64,000 nt of DNA, taken from IMG/VR virus record IMGVR_UViG_2671180615_000003, positions 18,105 to 82,104 of that record. One strand, 5' to 3'. Made by a program: the position numbers and the translations under genes. Origin of the DNA: a virus (Duplodnaviria > Caudoviricetes). This document shows, piece by piece, positions 29,289 to 39,100 of the stretch. Below the pieces are notes generated by a model that was not told where the DNA came from, did no database searches, and saw nothing but the letters and a program-made list of their open reading frames with translations. The stretch's first letter is position 1. Each line of letters opens with the position of its first letter.

Positions 29289-30392
29289 ATGAATGTATTT
29301 TTCCAAAAAGCTGAACGCAAGCAAGCCAAATTAAGACTTGCATTATCTGGTCCTACTGGTTCAGGAAAAACTGAAAGCGCTCTAAAACTTGCTGTTGGTA
29401 TTGGTGGTCGAATTGCTGTTGTTGATACTGAAGATAGTAGCGCTTCACTTTATGCAGACCGTTATGAATTTTATGCTGCAAACCTAACACCTCCATATAC
29501 ACCAGAAAAATTTACAGCAGCAATCAAAGCAGCTGAGCAAGGTGGTTTTGATATTTTAATTTTAGACAGTATTACCCATGAATGGTCTGGTACAGGTGGT
29601 TGTTTGGAAATCGTAGACACACTGACCAAGGGTAAATTTAAAGGTAATAGCTGGGCCGCTTGGAGCGAAGTCACCCCACGTCACCGCAAATTTATTGATG
29701 CGATTCTTCATTCAAGTATTCACATCATCGTAACTCTACGCAGCAAGATGGATACGATCCAAACCGAAACTAACGGCAAAAAGAAGGTTGAAAAGGTTGG
29801 GATGAAGTCTGAACAACGCGATGGTATCGAATATGAGTTCACCACGGTACTTGACTTAAATGCTGATCATTTTGCAAATGCCACAAAAGACCGAACTCAT
29901 ATTTTCACTGAACCAATGATGATTAATGAAGGTACTGGTGCATGTCTACGTGAGTGGCTACTTTCTGGATCTGCCGATGCAACTATTGACGGTAATCAAT
30001 TTTTAGAAATTGAAGATCTTATGCAGCGCGCTGGGATCAACATAGAGAATTACTGCTTAAAGCGCAAGTTAAATAGCTTGATGGATCTTCAACAACAAAA
30101 GTTTGAAGAAACAAAAAATCAGCTCTTAAACATCATTCGCAAAAATGAACAAACTGCTCGTGAGCATGAAAATCAATTGAGCCAAAACCAAACACAGGCG
30201 GCGAATAATTTTGTTGAGATTTCAGCAGAACAACGTGATGAGCTTCAGGCCTTTATTGCTGAACGCGGCCTCGATGTAAAAACAGTTTGTGAACACTTCG
30301 GTATTGATGCTCTTACCCAAATAGAAGCGGCAAAACTAGCAGCTGTTAAACAAGAAATTGAAACATTAGCTAAAAATGGGATGACAGCATGA
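29289..30392 (+). CDS. Sak4-like AAA ATPase recombination protein
   Basis: GPTGSGKT, VVDTE, ILDSITHEW, EYEFT. Confidence 0.85.
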   Translation: MNVFFQKAERKQAKLRLALSGPTGSGKTESALKLAVGIGGRIAVVDTEDSSASLYADRYEFYAANLTPPYTPEKFTAAIKAAEQGGFDILILDSITHEWSGTGGCLEIVDTLTKGKFKGNSWAAWSEVTPRHRKFIDAILHSSIHIIVTLRSKMDTIQTETNGKKKVEKVGMKSEQRDGIEYEFTTVLDLNADHFANATKDRTHIFTEPMMINEGTGACLREWLLSGSADATIDGNQFLEIEDLMQRAGINIENYCLKRKLNSLMDLQQQKFEETKNQLLNIIRKNEQTAREHENQLSQNQTQAANNFVEISAEQRDELQAFIAERGLDVKTVCEHFGIDALTQIEAAKLAAVKQEIETLAKNGMTA

Positions 30393-31300
30393 AAACACTT
30401 AATAAAATCGAAGCAAAACTTGCTTGGGCCAATGGTGAATTACTCTTAGTAAATAATACAGAGCGTAATGGCTGGGAACTTTTTAACCCTTATGATTTCG
30501 GTTTTGATGTATTTGATAAATTTGAATTTCAGGTTAAACCTAGAACTATTTTTATTGGTGAGTTTGAAGTACCAGAGCCATTAAAAGAATCTCCAGAAAA
30601 GGGTTCTACTTGCTCTTATCCAAGTCCAACTGTTGAATTAGGTGTACAGCAGTTTAAGTGGAATGGTTCTAAAGGACAATTGCGCATGCTCCAGCATGGC
30701 CAAGTTCACTCAAATTTTGATAATGCATTTGCTCATTGCTGCGCGATTATCAAAGTCAGTGGTGGTGAGTTAGCTGAAGATATGCTGAAACTTCTAAATA
30801 AGCCAACTGATGAAGTCGAAGCACTTACCGAAAGTGATGTTGAATCTTCAATTGTGAAAACTTCAACAACAAATAATTCAGAAAAAACACCAATAACTGA
30901 ACCTGTTGTAAAAGAAGAAACCGAAGATACGGAATATAAAAAGACACTTGAGACGCTTCTAAAGCGTGTAAAAGAGTCAAAAACACCAGCAGAAGTAAAC
31001 GCAGTTTATCGATACACCCGCACTTGGTCTGATAAACAAATGGATCCTTTGCTTCTTGCAACTCACAAACGACTTGAAGAGTTGGAAAAAGCAAAGTCTC
31101 CTTCAGGTGAACCGCCTTCTCTAATGGTTCAGATCCAGACCGCACCAGACCTGACAACGTTAGATGCTTTGGAAATAGACGTGGCTGCACGAGATCCGCA
31201 GATTCAACCTAGACTCATGGATTTTATCAAAAAGCGTCGTTTTGAATTAGAGAATTCGTCTTCAAATGAACCTGCTTATTTATTAGAGGAACCTTTCTAA
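30389..31300 (+). CDS. Hypothetical phage protein
   Basis: Coupled ORF; acidic EEPF C-terminus like SSB tails. Confidence 0.7.
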   Translation: MKTLNKIEAKLAWANGELLLVNNTERNGWELFNPYDFGFDVFDKFEFQVKPRTIFIGEFEVPEPLKESPEKGSTCSYPSPTVELGVQQFKWNGSKGQLRMLQHGQVHSNFDNAFAHCCAIIKVSGGELAEDMLKLLNKPTDEVEALTESDVESSIVKTSTTNNSEKTPITEPVVKEETEDTEYKKTLETLLKRVKESKTPAEVNAVYRYTRTWSDKQMDPLLLATHKRLEELEKAKSPSGEPPSLMVQIQTAPDLTTLDALEIDVAARDPQIQPRLMDFIKKRRFELENSSSNEPAYLLEEPF

Positions 31301-31596
31301 TGTCGAAACAGACTACTCCAGAGTTTCTTTTGGAGCCAAAGCTGCTACCCCAGCAGCTTTTCGAGAAGTTCATTGTATTCAATGTTAATGCTGGCTATCG
31401 CGGTCGAGGTACACCCAAGGGAGTGAACCTAATTAAAGGTAATAAAGCCACCCTCACCTTGACCGATAAAGGTGAGATGAACAAAGCAGCTCAAGAGCGC
31501 TACAAGTTAATGCTTTTGAAGTATTTCAAAGAAGGACGCTCAGCAATGGATGAGCTGAATCATGAAGTTAAACGTATTTATAGACAGGTGGCGTGA
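31300..31596 (+). CDS. Hypothetical phage protein
   Basis: Coupled ORF. Confidence 0.65.
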   Translation: MSKQTTPEFLLEPKLLPQQLFEKFIVFNVNAGYRGRGTPKGVNLIKGNKATLTLTDKGEMNKAAQERYKLMLLKYFKEGRSAMDELNHEVKRIYRQVA

Positions 31597-31881
31597 ATGA
31601 GCAAAGTTATTGGTGAAGTGAACTTAAATCCAAGTCGTATTGAAGGTACTCCAGATCAGGTAGCGATTCATATTTTTAAAGAAGTTATTTGCCCTAGTAC
31701 AGAAGAGCTTCTCAAAAATAACCCTGAGGCTGCGAAGGTGTTTGCTTATCACATTTTTGGTTTAGCGCTATCTCAAATGGCAGAGTTTCATTCAACCAAA
31801 AGTTTAGATAAAGCTGTAAGCGTTACCCTTCACAACCTTTTGCGCCAGCTGAAGAAAGAACGCAATGAGCTGAAGAATTAA
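31597..31881 (+). CDS. Hypothetical phage protein
   Basis: Coupled ORF. Confidence 0.65.
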   Translation: MSKVIGEVNLNPSRIEGTPDQVAIHIFKEVICPSTEELLKNNPEAAKVFAYHIFGLALSQMAEFHSTKSLDKAVSVTLHNLLRQLKKERNELKN

Positions 31882-31894
31882 GGAGTAAAACTAA

Positions 31895-32068
31895 ATGCTA
31901 TTAACAGTCAATCAGACAATTCAGGTCACCAATTTATCGAAGACAACTATATATAGGATGTTTGATTCAGGAGAACTTAAAAAAGTTAAGTTGGGTGGTT
32001 CAACAAGAGTTGAGCTTTCTAATGAACTTTACGAAAAATACAAAGAAAAAATTCAGGCCTTATTTTAA
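31895..32068 (+). CDS. Excisionase / AlpA-like wHTH, 57 aa (not in ORF track)
   Basis: AAGGAG RBS; MLLTVNQTIQVTNLSKTTIYRMFDSGEL..VKLGGSTR; convergent with integrase. Confidence 0.8.
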   Translation: MLLTVNQTIQVTNLSKTTIYRMFDSGELKKVKLGGSTRVELSNELYEKYKEKIQALF

Positions 32069-32076
32069 TAAGGCCT
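32055..32076. terminator. Hairpin between convergent xis and int
   Basis: AGGCCTTATT-TT-AATAAGGCCT. Confidence 0.55.
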
Positions 32077-32085
32077 TCGTCTTAT

Positions 32086-33336
32086 TTATTTGATAGCTCT
32101 TTCCCTAGCCTCATCCCTCAATTTATCAAGATAGTCGGCCCAAGCCTGCATCATCTCGGTACGTTCTTTTAAATATTTGGTTCTGTTGTAAGCTCTGCCA
32201 TGCATATCTTTAACTTGGTGTGCCAGTTGTTGCTCAATACGTTCAATCGGATAATGAAGTACTTCATCAAGTAAAGTACGAGCTGTTGCTCGCAGACCAT
32301 GTCCTGTAGTTTCACCATTTGCAAAACCAAAATTCTTAAGCCTTTTATTTATAGTCGATTCACTAATAACATCCTTACCTTTTTTCATTGAGGCAAAGAC
32401 ATACTTTCGGCCACCGGTTAACTTATATAGCTTCCTTAAGTGCTCAACAACTTGTGTAGCTAACGGAACAATATGCTCTAATTGAGTCTTATTTTGCGTC
32501 TTTGGCGGAGTGTAAGCCCAAAGACCTTTATCTAAATCAATATTCTCCCATTCTGCCCAGCGCAATTCACCTGGTCGCACAAATATATAAGGCAATATTA
32601 ATGTAGCGAAATAAACAATTATGGAACCATTTACTTGTGGTTCTGACAAATCTAAAAGTAGTTGTCCTAATCGTTCTTCATCTGTAATTGCTGCGTAATG
32701 TTTTACCGTTCCAGACTTCAAAATACCTGATATTTGATCAGCAACATTATATTGGCATAGTCCTAAAACAATCGCATACTTAAATACCTGACTAGCTTTA
32801 GAGCGCATTCTTTTTGCAGAATCGTATTTACCTTGGTTCTCATACAATCTACAAGCATCTAAAATTTGTAGAGCAGTAATTTCTGAAATTGGAATTGATC
32901 CAACACTTAAATAAAGTTTTTCCCAAATTGAATCATTACGCTGTTTGGTACTTTCTGTGATTTCTTCAGTAAGTCTAAATTCATCAGCCACAGCAGCAAA
33001 GGTTGATACTAGATTTCTTTTTTTAATCTGTACTTCCCTTTTACGTTGTTCGACTGGATCAATATTTTGTGCAATTTGACTTCTGAATTCTTCACGTTTT
33101 TGTCTTGCTACAGCTAAAGAAATTTCAGGATATGAACCAATAGATATGGTATTGCGCTTCTTAATAATTGGCCGAGTGTAATCGAACCTCCACGTTGTAG
33201 CCCCCTTTTTATCAATTAATAGGTATAATCCACCACCATCAGAAAGTTTTTGAGTTTTTTTCTCAATTTCTTTCTTATTTTTAGCGATTTCAGACTTTAT
33301 TTTAGAGTCAGTTAAAGCAGGTACAATTTTAGGCAT
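32086..33336 (-). CDS. int: P4-type tyrosine integrase
   Basis: LSDGGGLYL arm-binding domain; RPGEL, HGLR, LAH, AYNR. Confidence 0.95.
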   Translation of the reverse strand: MPKIVPALTDSKIKSEIAKNKKEIEKKTQKLSDGGGLYLLIDKKGATTWRFDYTRPIIKKRNTISIGSYPEISLAVARQKREEFRSQIAQNIDPVEQRKREVQIKKRNLVSTFAAVADEFRLTEEITESTKQRNDSIWEKLYLSVGSIPISEITALQILDACRLYENQGKYDSAKRMRSKASQVFKYAIVLGLCQYNVADQISGILKSGTVKHYAAITDEERLGQLLLDLSEPQVNGSIIVYFATLILPYIFVRPGELRWAEWENIDLDKGLWAYTPPKTQNKTQLEHIVPLATQVVEHLRKLYKLTGGRKYVFASMKKGKDVISESTINKRLKNFGFANGETTGHGLRATARTLLDEVLHYPIERIEQQLAHQVKDMHGRAYNRTKYLKERTEMMQAWADYLDKLRDEARERAIK

Positions 33337-33342
33337 TTTTGA

Positions 33343-33365
33343 GTTTTACGGTAAGTTATACGGTA
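33343..33365. repeat. Probable integrase arm-binding direct repeats
   Basis: GTTTTACGGTA / GTTATACGGTA, 12-bp spacing, between int and core. Confidence 0.55.
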
Positions 33366-33427
33366 TGATCCCACAAAGTGAACATTTTAATAGATCAAAA
33401 TCATTAACTTATGTTTCATTTCGTGAG

Positions 33428-33443
33428 CGCGCCGGGCGCACCA
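33428..33443 (+). other. att core: 3' end of a tRNA (probably Arg)
   Basis: CGCGC-CGGGCGC-A-CCA = T-stem 3' strand + acceptor 3' strand + CCA, GC island in AT-rich DNA; no 5' half upstream. Confidence 0.75.
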
Positions 33444-33533
33444 GTTTATTATACAAAATCAAAAACTTAAACGAAAAAAATAAAAACTTAGGAATAACAA
33501 TCTTTATTTTTACTGTATTTAGTTAAATTTTAG

Positions 33534-34082
33534 TTAGTTAAATGAAATTCTATGAGCAATCCAACCATAAAAAAATTGCTCTTGGCCTGGATTACGTTCA
33601 CAGATTTCGATGTATCGCTGACCTTGCATAATATTTAAAACACGTAATAGAACTTTTTCACCATCTTTCCCACGTTTAGCCAAATAGATTTTTAAAGCAC
33701 CCAATGTAGCTGAACCATAAACTCCATCAACCACAAGATCTGACCAACCCGCCTTACCTTGGTTATTCAACAAATTTAAGGCACGCTGTAAAAGGGGTTT
33801 TGCAAACCCTATGCCGCAATTAACACCTGTATCTAAAAGTTCTTCAGCTACTACAGGAGAAATTAAATTTACTTGATCAAAGCGTGGAGCTGTCCAATAT
33901 TGTTTTTTATAAATAGACTTTGCAGTTTCAATTGGCAAATCTCGCATATTACCTTTGAATCCGTTTGTTCGAGCAACGGCTTCAGTAATTCCGTACTTTG
34001 TTGCCCCTCCCCGATCCGCTGGATTATTTACATAGCCGCCTTCGCGCTTAATTAACTCATCTAGATATTTTTCAATATTCAT
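33534..34082 (-). CDS. Endolysin, GH108 family with peptidoglycan-binding domain
   Basis: REGGYVNNPADRGGATKYGIT; FFYGW. Confidence 0.93.
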   Translation of the reverse strand: MNIEKYLDELIKREGGYVNNPADRGGATKYGITEAVARTNGFKGNMRDLPIETAKSIYKKQYWTAPRFDQVNLISPVVAEELLDTGVNCGIGFAKPLLQRALNLLNNQGKAGWSDLVVDGVYGSATLGALKIYLAKRGKDGEKVLLRVLNIMQGQRYIEICERNPGQEQFFYGWIAHRISFN

Positions 34083-34137
34083 TCCACTTTCCTTTAGAGT
34101 TGAAAACTACTCAGAGGTAGCACGTAAATTTGAATCA

Positions 34138-34359
34138 TTACTGTTGATTTGAATCTTCAGCTTCCTTTTTTTGTTTATTGTTAGATCCAAAATAGAAGGC
34201 AATCACAGCACTAGATAAACCAAGTAAAGTCCCTAGTGATACGTTTAATAGATCACGGTTTTTGTCTGGATATTCAATAAAGAACAACCCAAGAACACAG
34301 AGAAATGACATTGCAATAACCATGTACGCTAAATATGTCCGAGTATTTTCACTTTTCAT
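34138..34359 (-). CDS. Two-TM holin-like protein (start MKSENT)
   Basis: Two TMs, AFYFGS motif, GAGG RBS. Confidence 0.75.
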   Translation of the reverse strand: MKSENTRTYLAYMVIAMSFLCVLGLFFIEYPDKNRDLLNVSLGTLLGLSSAVIAFYFGSNNKQKKEAEDSNQQ

Positions 34360-34633
34360 CTTTATCCTCTTTGATGCGTAATTTGGCTTGCCCATACTGT
34401 TTTTTACGCAATTCATGAATCTCTTCTGAACGTTTTTCATCACGGCGCTTAAAGTAGAGATTTGTTAAGTAGGTTGCTACACCAATTAAGATTGAAATAA
34501 TTACAGCCCAATCAATTTTTCCAGCAATTCCAATCAACCCCCCGCCCACGACATAGCCATATGAAAATTTAGTTGCAGTAGCCGCAGCTGTACTTGCAGC
34601 TGCTTCAACCACACTATTTGTTTGGTCATTCAT
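34349..34633 (-). CDS. Holin (start MNDQ)
   Basis: TM segments, TNLYFKRR, charged C-terminus; GGAGG RBS. Confidence 0.75.
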   Translation of the reverse strand: MNDQTNSVVEAAASTAAATATKFSYGYVVGGGLIGIAGKIDWAVIISILIGVATYLTNLYFKRRDEKRSEEIHELRKKQYGQAKLRIKEDKDEK

Positions 34634-34800
34634 ACCTTCCTCCAAATCTTGGGTATAAAAAAGCACCCTAGTGGGTGACTATAAATAAATCGAAGCAGCC
34701 CGTTTTTGTGGTACAGTTCGATTAAATAAAGGTTTATATATTTCATTTTTTTATACAAAGAGAATCTGACTGACTCTTATGATCTGAATATTAGTTTGGC

Positions 34801-35667
34801 TTAGTAACCAGTAACGTCAATCATAAAAGTATTAATTGTATTCATACCTGCTTGAATGCCTGAAACTTTTCCGTCCATCAACAGACTTGAGGTTAACCCT
34901 CTAAAAATATAAACCCCATCTTGCTGTAGAACATAAGTATCGTAGATTACGCTACCACCAGAAGTAATAGCACCACTTCCTCCTGAACTAGTATATGTAT
35001 AGCTATTTTGAAACCTAATAGGAGTTTCTGCGATTGCCACAGCAAATTTTTTCCCCATAGGAGCCCGGCTAGATAAATACATAGGATCAGCATAGACGAA
35101 AGATGATGCTACATTTGCCCATCCAGGGAAATCTACATCCCTAGCTGGTTGGTTTTGAATAAAGTTAAGTACTTTTAGTGGCTTATAATTAGAATCAAAA
35201 ACTAATCTTTCATTTGCATCAAATAATTGTAATCCCATTGATGAGTGTGACAATTCTAAATCTTTAAAATTAAATTCATAAATTGTCAATTTATACGATT
35301 TGTCAGCTGGTGGAATTAAATCATTTGTAGGAATTCTAAAACTGATAAACATATCATTAGGCATAGAACTGCCTAGAAGATCTGCATCATAAGAATAAAT
35401 ATAGAAACGAAAACTAGGCTTTAAAACAATAGAATCCAGATCTCTGTGATTACCTACTGGATTCGGTGCAGGATATTCATCTACCCACCAAGAATCCATG
35501 GCAACTGCAAAAATAGAATCTTCTAAAGTAGGAGTATAATCAAAAAATTGATTACCCTGTTCACGAGCGATAGTATATTCCTGTTTTCCAACTAGAAACA
35601 TATTCCGATAGTTACCATCAATATGAATAACACCAGAATCATTTAAAATACGAAAGCCAACATCCAT
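34801..35667 (-). CDS. Tail-tip accessory protein downstream of J
   Basis: GFRILND.G...ID and GLQLFDA..RLVFDS..KPL motifs. Confidence 0.7.
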   Translation of the reverse strand: MDVGFRILNDSGVIHIDGNYRNMFLVGKQEYTIAREQGNQFFDYTPTLEDSIFAVAMDSWWVDEYPAPNPVGNHRDLDSIVLKPSFRFYIYSYDADLLGSSMPNDMFISFRIPTNDLIPPADKSYKLTIYEFNFKDLELSHSSMGLQLFDANERLVFDSNYKPLKVLNFIQNQPARDVDFPGWANVASSFVYADPMYLSSRAPMGKKFAVAIAETPIRFQNSYTYTSSGGSGAITSGGSVIYDTYVLQQDGVYIFRGLTSSLLMDGKVSGIQAGMNTINTFMIDVTGY

Positions 35668-36059
35668 TAGTAAATTCCATAGTGAAGATAAATATAGTTA
35701 TTGAACGCTGAAATATAAGCCGTTTCGAACTTGGCAGCTGACCAACTCATTGTTATACCATCAAAGATAACTGATACTTTAAAGGCTGAAAATTTAGCGC
35801 CTGGATAAAACCCACCACTATCATACCCCCAAAATCCATGCCAAAAATTTTGGCCATCTATCCACCCCGACTTTTTAGCTTCATTACCTTGAGTAAAATA
35901 GAATGGATTTCCTAAAGCCAAGTCAGGAACCACCAACTGCCCAGAAGTTTCATTTACGTTAGTGGGGATAGCAATTGTACCTAGAATCTTAGTCATACGA
36001 TCCGTGACATCTACTATAAGATTTCTTTGTTCATCAAAACACTGTAAACCTTGTGGCAT
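35667..36059 (-). CDS. Small tail-tip accessory protein
   Basis: MPQGLQCFD.....VDVTDR..KILG, ends YGIY. Confidence 0.7.
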   Translation of the reverse strand: MPQGLQCFDEQRNLIVDVTDRMTKILGTIAIPTNVNETSGQLVVPDLALGNPFYFTQGNEAKKSGWIDGQNFWHGFWGYDSGGFYPGAKFSAFKVSVIFDGITMSWSAAKFETAYISAFNNYIYLHYGIY

Positions 36060-36105
36060 ATAAACCTCCTAAAGAAATAATGGGCTAGTTAACTAACCCA
36101 ACCTT

Positions 36106-39100
36106 TTACCAAAGCCCTAATTTCACTCTTAAAACATTATTTTCATCATAAACCGTGATTAAACTCCCAGTTAAAACCATTCGAGCCCCATTAGGCTTAG
36201 AGGGATCCTTATAAGTAGTTAAGGTTCCAAGCGTCGCACTTAAGGCACTTAAACTTGATGCATTAATTTTTTCAGCATTGATATAACCAATAGATGCATT
36301 GTCTAAATACAGACCTGCAGGAATCACCGTGCCGTTCGGCAAAGTTGTTGAAGTTGATTGATAAGTAAATGCATATTTAGGTGTTATGGTACCTGTGACT
36401 GTAGATGGTGCGCCGATTGCAAATCTGTTTGCCTGAATAATGAAATCAACTGTCTTGCTATCATTCTCAATACCAACACCGCCGACCAAATTGCCTGATT
36501 GCAATTTCAACGTTGCTCTTGCTTTCAAGCCATCGATTGATTCTTGTTGAGATTGAATCGATGAGGTATGTCCACCTACCGTTGTTGTTAGGTTCGTAAT
36601 ACTCGTCGCTTGAGTTGAGACTTTGCCGTCAATGGTGCTCACTTTGGCATCTAAAGTAGACAGCGCTGATGCTTCGGCTTTATTTGCAAGTCCGTCACTC
36701 AAAGTTTTGATGTCTTGCGACCATGCACCCCAAGTGCTTGTGCTCGCACTGCGGCGTTCCGCAGTTAGCTTAGAGTCAGAGCCACGAGCAATCTGAATGA
36801 TTGCCCCGCCAGTTGCGTCACTGTAGTAAACATAAGTTTCAAGTGATACATAGGTGCCCATTCCCGTTAGGCCGATTGTTGAAGCCTGTTTAAACTCACG
36901 AACGATACGTTTAGGGTAATTCGTCCAATACCATGACGGCGGTTGGTTCGTTGAGCGAGTGTCAGTAACCTCAATGTCTTTTAGTAATCCATTAACTGTA
37001 CTGTTCAAAGACGTAATGCTAGAGCCTTGAGAGGTAATAGAACCTTCAGTTACGGTTACTCGGTTAGCCAAGTTTGTCAAAGCTGAACTATCTGCCTTTG
37101 ACGATAAAGTTCCGTTGATAGTCGTAATGCTGTTGTTAAGCGAAGTAATTGAGCTACCTTGTGAAGTAATCTTTCCTTCTGCTGTAGTTACTCGCGTATC
37201 AAGTGACGATAAAGCATTAGCTGTGGCATCGTTGGCAGCAATCGCATCAGCATCTTCAATGATGATGTAATCAAGTTCAGTCATGCCTGCTGCGTTCGAG
37301 TAGTTGGCAAGGAATTGAACGCTTAAAAATGCAGTTGCATTTGGCATTTGGCGAGGCGCTGCCAAAGTCCAACTTCCTGCCGCTGCGCCAGCAGCACGAC
37401 CTTTGACGTACACTGTCACTTCTTGCCATACGTTGTTTGTAGGACTTTGATTGATCACAAAGTAGTTTGAAGAACCAAAGTCCGTAGATACGGTATTGTT
37501 TAAGTTTACGTGTGAAGTGCCATCAGCCGCCAAACAACAAACTGCACAATAGATTGTTCCTGTACCGCTGAGACGACGATAACGCGCGCGGATACGATAA
37601 GTTTTAGTTTGATCAAATGGCAGTTTCGCTTTTGATCTCGCATTTACGTGGTCATTACCCGCGTTGTTACCGAAACGATAGACTTTGCCACCAAGCGCCG
37701 AAGTGTCATCAGCTCTCGCAACCTCACCATTTTTAGCCCAATAATTCCACTCACTATCAGGATCCACATCAAGTGATGCAGACATTGTGATGCCATTGGC
37801 TACATTTTTAAGGTTTGCAGTTAGGCTAGTGATTGAAGACGTATTTGCCGTGATTTTACCTTCGGCAGTTGTCACTCGACTATCAAGATCAGTTACCGCA
37901 GAAGTGCTCGCTTTGGTATTTAAGGCGCCGTTAATGCTTGTAATACTGTTATTTAACGTAGTGATGCTATTACTGTGAGAAGTAATGGTGTCACCCTGTT
38001 GTGTAACTGTATTTGTTAGATTAGAGATAGCCGAAGCGTTGGCGGTAATCTGAGTAGAAACATCTAACAATGATGGCTCTACAATTGCTGAAATACCACT
38101 AGATGCAAGGTCGGCTTCCGCAATTAGGCTTGCTGACCAACCGTTAATCCAATCGTCTGGTGGTGTTGTATAACCAATTTCGGCGTCAATGTTGAATTTA
38201 GGATACTGCCAATAAGCGTTAGGCGCTTGTGACGTCAAGATAACCACAACTGTACCGTTGCGAACACCCATACGTACACGCATCGGCAATGTACCTGAGT
38301 TCACTACTCCATGTTGAATAATCGAAGTGCCGGTATAGGCATAACCGCCGATATTCAAATTAATATCGGTCTTACCAGCCAAATAGTTATAACCAGTAAG
38401 CGCAAGTCTAAACATCTTACTTGTGAAGGTAATAGGCGTTTGAATTACGATGTTACCGACGACATTTGCGCCGTTTTGTTGGAAAACCAACACACCTCTA
38501 AATAACTTAGCTGCACCAGTGCCGCCTTGGATCTTAGGCAATGCAGCATTAGCTGTATTGGTAGTCACCGCTAGGTTATTAGTCAAGGAAGTAATTGAGC
38601 CACCTTGAGAGCTGATATTGCCTTCTGCTGTCGTCACTCGATTTGATAATGAGCTTAGAGCGGACGCGTCTGCTTTCTGTGAAAGCGCGGTATTAATATT
38701 GGTAACGCTATTGTTTAAAGTAACAATATTGTTGGATGCAGAAGTAACACGACCATCAATATTTGTCACTTTAGAATCAAGCGTGCTTAATGCAGATGAA
38801 GTTGCTTGCAAGTCGCTTGCTAATTTTTTATTACCTGTGATGTTGCGAACTTGAATATCTGTTACATGCCAGAGTTGTGCTGCTGCATCTGCCGCGGCTG
38901 CGCTCACTTGCAACCAAGGACGAATTAGTACAGTTGCCCCACTAGGAATTGTGAAATAACCTTCGGCAAACCCCCAATTATTTCTATCGCTCCCTTTTGC
39001 AGCGACGGCAAACCAAGAATGAACACCATTTGCATCAATAATGTGAAAACCTAGAACAGCAGTGGTATTTGCAGATGTATTAGGTGTCGCAAACCAAGCT

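Larger units (their letters stand above)
1..33443. mobile_element. Prophage 1 (lambdoid siphovirus type), left end outside window
   Basis: Ordered integrase, immunity, replication, Q, terminase, portal, capsid, neck and tail genes ending at a tRNA 3'-end core. Confidence 0.95.

Noticed and set aside
33370-33443. Full tRNA gene
   Set aside because: Only the last 16 nt fit; no D arm, anticodon arm or 5' acceptor strand upstream
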